Of a stretch of 64,000 bases of DNA, positions 58,001 to 64,000 are shown piece after piece. The translations under genes and the position numbers were made by a program. Within the stretch, counting starts at the first letter, position 1, and the number at the start of each line of letters is the position of its first letter. The notes beneath the pieces are model-generated. The model searched no databases. It saw only the letters and a program-made list of their open reading frames with translations, and was not told the origin of the DNA. This stretch comes from Rhynchopus sp. YZ270_cl-10 (lineage: Eukaryota), in contig OZ037836.1 of the NCBI GenBank assembly GCA_964035575.1, forward strand, positions 1,612,001 through 1,676,000, given 5' to 3'.

Positions 58001-61000
58001 TTGGCCACAACCACATCTCGCTGACCGGGGCATTGACTTTAATTGAGACTCTAAGGTCCTGCCCTGCTGTTACCACTGTGTCCGTACGGAACAATGTGCT
58101 CGAAGGTTCTGGGGTGGCAAAGGCGTTTGCGGAGCTTCTTAAGGACCCCGTATCGTCGAATTTGACGTCTTTGGATTTGGCGTATAACGATTTAGATGAT
58201 GCGGCAGCGTTGTGCTTGCTGGAGGCGTTGGAGGTGAACGACACTCTACTCTATTTGGACTTTCGTGGGAACGGAATATCGCATGAAACCATGCAAGAGG
58301 TCCACCGTGCAGTTTCCCTCAACTCTGAGCTAGACGTAAAGCGTGTCATGCCCTCCGTTCGCGCAAACGATCCAAACGTCACCGTCGTCGACCTTTCCAA
58401 TCGCAACACCACCGACGCCACAGTATACACCACCTGCTCTGCACTATCCGAAAACACTTATGTCACGCACCTCGACCTTTCGCACAACAAATTGGTCACC
58501 GATGCGTCGTGTATCAACTATCTTGCACCCCTTTTGACAGCGGAATCGACCAAATTGCAGGAGCTTTCCCTCGCGCGCACTGCAATAACCTCTGTTGGGG
58601 CGGCATGTCTGTTGGAGAGTCTGAAGAATAACACGCATTTACAGGTTTTGAATCTTTCAGGTACAGACTTAGCACCTCCGTCTGGAACCATAGTGGAGGC
58701 AGCTGCCGATGCGTTTGCAGCAAATACAACGTTGCTGCGGCTGGAGCTGGAGAATACGGGGTTGTCGCCAGCAGAAATTACTGGAATTACAGGGAAAAAT
58801 ATGAATGGGCAGCCGGGGCTTCGGAAAGAGCTGCCTCGTGTGTGGCGGTCTGACCCGGAGCTGTCGGTGCTGGACCTTTCTGGGAGCGGTGCGCACAACA
58901 ACACAACGTGCTATTTGCTCGCCGAGGCGTTGCTGGCTAACACCACCTTGACGGATCTCTCGCTCAGTCAGACAAAAGCCATTGATGACATTGGGGTGAA
59001 CTATCTGGCGCGCGCGTTGCACCAAAACCTCACTCTCACAGCACTTCACGTTCGAAACTGCTCCGTAGGCGATGAAGGCGCGTCCAGCCTTGCCGCCGCT
59101 CTTCGAGTAAACCGTGCGCTCGCGTTTCTCGATCTTTCTCATAATCAGATCGGAAATTCGGGGTGTCAAGATTTAATTAACTCACTCCGCGCTGACATCT
59201 ACGGCAACAACACGGTACGGGCGATCGATCTGCAGGGCAACCGCAACATCAGAGAAGACCTTGTCACAGAACTCTCAATCCAGCTCTCCCTCAACAATGG
59301 ACCGTCCTGGCTGAAGGAAGACCTGCTCGCACTTCGCGACAACGGCGTCACCGAGCTGAGATACTCCGGAACGAACTTCTCTGATCAATACGTCGCACTC
59401 CTGGTCCAAGCCATGCAAGGAAACACCTCCGTTACAGTAGTTGATTTGTCCAACTGCCTCTTAGAGGCGGATGGTGGCGAGCTTATCTCCTCGCTCATCC
59501 GCGCAAATAGCACGATCACACACCTGAATCTCTCTCACAATAAGATTGGTGTGTCAGCGTCGGCATTGGCCAAAGCACTGCACCACAACGCTCATATCAC
59601 AGAGCTGGACATCGCACACAACGACTGCAACGCATATGATGAGGACCGTGTACAACAGTTGGTTGATCTAAATAAATACCCAAAAGCACTAAAAATCGCT
59701 GTCTTAGCGTCGTTAGAGCGCGATCCGACACAGATCGTCGTTGATGTTTCAGGCGGCATCGCGGACGACTCAAACAGCGACATCACAAAACTCAATGACG
59801 CTGGAGTTGCCATCCTATCCGAAACTTTGAAGACCGATACTTATACCGAAGTCATTGATCTTTCACACAACAGTTTAACCTGCGCCAGCGCAAGCCCACT
59901 GTGCGTCATGCTAAAGATAAATGATTCAATTGTTCGAATTGATCTTTCCTATAACGCCATCTCTGACGAAGGCGTCGCAGAATTTGCAGGTCTCCTGAGC
60001 ACCCACAACTCCCTCAACTCCATCGATCTAGGCTACAATAGGATCACCGAAAAAGGCGCCGCTCTCCTCCTCGAGGCAATCGAAATGAACTATGGCCTGC
60101 ACAAAGTGGTTCTTGCAGGCAACACTGCGATTTCCCAGGCAACCTTAACGATCGTACGGATTTTGCAAGCTTTGAACCATACTGACAAAGCGTTCTGCAG
60201 TGCGTTCCAGAAGGTGGTTCTTGGTGCGCCCACGAAGGAGGTCAGCCTGGAGGGGTGGCTAGGGTTGGGCTACTATAATACGGACAGCCTGGACCTGGTG
60301 GTCGAGGCGGTGTCCATGAACGAGGCTGTGGAGACGCTGGACCTTTCTTTTTGCGATGTGCGGGATGGGCAGGTCCCGCTGCTGGCTGGGCTGTTGAAGC
60401 AGGCGCCGCATCTGAAATCGTTGAAATTGCCGAATAACTTCATTAAACACAACCTTGCGCCACTTACAAACGTTCTTGCAACTAACACCACATTGCTCCT
60501 CCTGGATTTACGTGACAACAACGTCAATTTGACAGGCGCAAAACTGCTCGCAGCAATGCTAAGAAAGAACGACTACCTAACAGAGCTAGACATAAGCGGG
60601 AATGATCTGACTGACATAGGTGTGACGATCATCATTGAGGCGGTTAAGATGAACGACGCACTGCAGGCGCTGTGGTGCGAAGCGCCGGTATGGATCATGG
60701 GGGTGGAGGGGGGAGGGGGGGAATTTAACAAACGTTTGTGCAAAAGGCGTTTTTCACTTTCAATTCCTTTCTTCATGGGTTGGTGGGGGGGGTCATTGTA
60801 CCAAAAGATGTTGTGTTTTATCAACTATTTGAATTTTTCAACTTACTATTTGCTGCGTCAAATGCATTCACCACACAGGGCATCTCCGAAGCACTCCTGC
60901 AGGACGTCCAATTTGCGTTGGACATATCGTACAAGTCGGTGGTATGTCGTCCGTACTATCATGTGTGCGTTTCACCACAACCTCTCCCTTTTTGTCTTTA

Positions 61001-62521
61001 TTGTTTTTATTGCTTTATTGTTTGCGGCGGTGGGTGGGGTGGGTGATCTATGAATAGGAGAGATTTTTTCACTCTCTCTCAGAAAGCTCTCACAAGCTCT
61101 CACAGCCTGTTACGTCATCTCACGGAGACGATCCTAGATCACCCACGGGTGGGGGAAAAAACATAAAAATAAAAGGAAAAGTAGGGGTGTGGTTTCAATT
61201 CCTTAACACTCAGTGTTAAGGTCTTTAAGGTTGCTGATCACCCCCCACCCACCCTCCCCGCGCGGGGTGGGTTTCGGCCATTTTTTTTCAGGTCTCTAAA
61301 CGTCCAAAGAGGTCAAAAAAGTGGATTCTTGGGAAGATAGGAGGTTTTTTTTAGGGTTTGCAAATGAGAAAGACCTCCAAACCCTGACAGACCCTGAAAC
61401 CAGGGTGTCGCGAGTCCTTTTTTACACGTGTTTCTTAAGGGTTCTACAGGGTTATACAGGCAAAACAGGCGTTTTGGCCAAAAACCCGGTTTTTCAGGCA
61501 GGTAACCGGGTTTGAGGCTTGGGAAACGTGCCAGAGCGGTGTGAGAACCATGCGTGGGGGTTTGTAACCACTCGTTGCGTTGGTTGCGTTGCCTTCGCTA
61601 CGTTGCGTACACATATCTACGTGCACACCGGTTACGTTGTGTTGCATGCGTTGCGTTCGTTGTGTAGAGATCGTTATATACAGAGTGCAACGAACAGAGC
61701 GGTTGCGTTGCGTTGGTTGTGTTCGGTTGGTTACGTTCGTTGCGTTCCGATCGTTACGTACACATCGGTTGCGTTGCGTTGCATGCGTTGCGTTCGGTGC
61801 GTTGCGTTGCTTCCGTGTCTTTGGTTCGAGACGTTACGTACCGAACGGTTGCGTTGCGTCGGTTGCATTCGTTCCGTTCACATCGTTCCGATCTGAACGG
61901 AACGATGTGAACGCAAGAAACGTATCGCATCGGTTGCGTTGGTTGGCTTGTGTGCGTTGCAAACCTTTCATACATCAACCACACCAGCCAGTGAGTGTTA
62001 AGGATTGCCAAAAAAAACTAAATTTCCCCACAACCTTCCTTCAACCCCCTTGTAGGGGCACAGCCCAGGGTGGTAAGGTAGGGTCTTGAAATCGAGGGGG
62101 TAAAAGGGTCAATTTTTGCAACCCAGATTTTTGGGGAAATTTGTGGAGAGTTTTGTTAGTTTTTGTACGCTTCGATTACATATCATTTTGCCCCCCCTTT
62201 TTGCCACCTCTACTTAATACACTCTTTCAGGTCCTGGACGAAGCAGCCGCGATGGCGACAGCGGACGCAGGTACGACCTTGGGCACCACAACGGGGTCGT
62301 GCGAGGACAACGGGAGCGATGGGGAGGGGTCGGGAGAAGGGGCTGATGCTGGTGGTGCTGGTGGTGCCAGCACCTCGACTCTGCCTTCACTGAACGCACA
62401 CAAGGTGAACATCAAAAGCACGCCACAACCTGCCAAGGGCGCAGACACACCCGACAACGCAGAGGCCGCAGCGAACACACTACCCCCCACTGCGGTGCAA
62501 ACCCCCGCTGTGTGCTGCTGA
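55092..62521 (+). CDS. Large RI-like/NLRC3-type LRR protein (~1850 aa), 4 exons: 55092-57381, 57773-60687, 60879-60941, 62231-62521
   Basis: Many LxxLDLSxNxIxxxGAxxLAxALxxN repeats in blocks; three GT-AG introns keep the frame. Confidence 0.8.
61530..61965. repeat. Degenerate (GCGTT)-rich repeat in intron
   Basis: Dense GTTGC/GCGTT/CGTTCG motifs. Confidence 0.7.
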
Positions 62522-64000
62522 CCCTTGAGGGGAACCATGCAGAGAGGTGCACAGAGGGATTCGTGTTTCACCCTCCCTCCTCCGTTTATTTTTTTTCTCT
62601 CGAGGTGCCTAACCAAAGAATAATCTAATCAGACTAAGCAAACGAGAGGCTGAGGGATCATCTTATACGCTTTTCTTCTTGCGTTTGGTATAGACACCCA
62701 AGCAGTATTCATTATTTATTTTTGCCCCCCTTTCGTCTTTGTTTTCTTTATACAAACGGCAAGTGGATGCGTAATAATTTTGCAGACAGTAATGCACTAG
62801 TTGTTAGGAAATAATACATTCAATGAAATCATTTGTGTAGAAAAGTTTCGAGGATGTAGGTTTTATTCTTTTGCCCCAATACTAACTAATCCGTTCCTCC
62901 CCCCTCGTTTTTTTTTTTTGCCATCACAACAACGCCTGTCCACCTCCGTTCAGTGTTTCCACATTGAATTTGAGTGGACAGGTGTTGAGTGACTAACACC
63001 TCAAATTTTTACTTTGCTTTTACTGTTTTTGTCGTCACGCTTTATTTATTTATCATTGTTGTTGGGTTGGGAAATAAAGCCCCATTGTGAGAGGGTGAGT
63101 TGCAGTAGTAACGTAATGGTGTTGTGTTCTGGTTACGTTTATAATCAGTGTTTAAGATTGGAGGGGGTTTTTTTTTTTGGGGAGAAATAATTGCCTTTTT
63201 TTTCTATTTTGTTTTCACATTTTTTCTATTACTGAACATGATTTGCAGCCAACGATAAATTTGTCCTCTTTCAAAATAAATTTTGCAAAAAAAAAAAAAA
63301 AGTAGTGGAGTTCATCCTCGGGTGTCTACACTAATACAACCAAGTTTTCAAAAAAAGAAGAAAAAAAAAAATGTGCAGCCACGCAAGTGGTCCTGCCTTG
63401 CTAGCCTTCGCCGGATCTCATGCCTTTTAACTCTCGCCACGATGTTTCCACATTGTGGCAGAAGGGGTTCAAATATGACCTTTTGTAACAAAAAGGTGAC
63501 TAAGCAAACTAAGAGGCTTAGGGTCATCTTATGTGTCGCCCCAAACCCTCTTTCATCTCTAGTTTTCTTGTATCCAAACGTCGAGTGGTGATGCGTAATC
63601 ATTCCCATCTTTGATTTCATGCAATGCAGAAAGGAAAGTGAACACCGTACACCAACTCCCTTGCTTTTTTTTCTATTCTAGGGTTGGAGTAGATCCACAC
63701 TTCGCCGACAGGTTGGGGTGTGTGCGTTTCAACACAACTTCCCTTTTTTTGTCTTTTTTTGTTTTATTGTTGCGGGTCCCTCCCGTTTGTGACACTTCTG
63801 CCTTGAAAAATACCAGAATCAAATTTTTATTTTTTTTCTCAACCGTGTGTGTGGTCACGTTTCTGCGTTCGTACGACCTCCACCAATGCTTTCCCCCACG
63901 CACTCCGTGCCTTCTTCCCACCATGATTGCCTCCTTCAGTGTTCTGATGTCCTCTCCTACTCCCACAACCCCACCACACAATAGAGCAACACAAAAAAGA

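Noticed and set aside
60688..61053. Hydrophobic C-terminus of the 1115-aa ORF (and tails of the 37771-38583 and 39249-40730 ORFs)
   Set aside because: Read-through into introns; the spliced models fit better.

Overview
Eukaryotic genomic DNA. It is most likely a euglenozoan (diplonemid-like); this is inferred from all host genes lying on one strand, GTATGT/GTATGG...CACACAG cis-introns and a membrane-bound class III cyclase-like gene. The left half (1-31 kb) is a tandem array of a variable gene family: N-terminal ubiquitin-like domain, 3-9 copies of a 25-aa LRR, and a C-terminal bipartite NLS. A further copy lies at 53.1 kb. Two near-identical copies of a non-LTR retrotransposon are inserted in sense orientation, in the same nucleotide register of the LRR-coding repeat (CTC[T/G]TT[A/T]ACC...CTGGA). 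The complete copy (22573-30330) starts exactly at the predicted cleavage site of an HDV-like ribozyme. Its ORF1 has a degenerate RNase H-like domain, an OTU cysteine protease (deubiquitinase family) domain and a coiled coil. Its ORF2 has no AUG upstream of the APE domain and encodes APE endonuclease, RT, a CCHC finger and three tandem Cys/His modules. The element ends in a stem-loop with no poly(A). The same host gene carries a second, non-coding 1.65-kb insertion with a perfect 19-bp TSD; removing both inserts restores an intact ORF. The right half has intron-containing host genes (NDUFA5-like, NOL10/ENP2, SHOCT protein, cyclase-like, large RI-like LRR protein) whose introns and spacers are full of MITEs, short hairpin repeats and a 7-bp satellite. 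Domain calls come from motif recognition by eye; no database searches were run.
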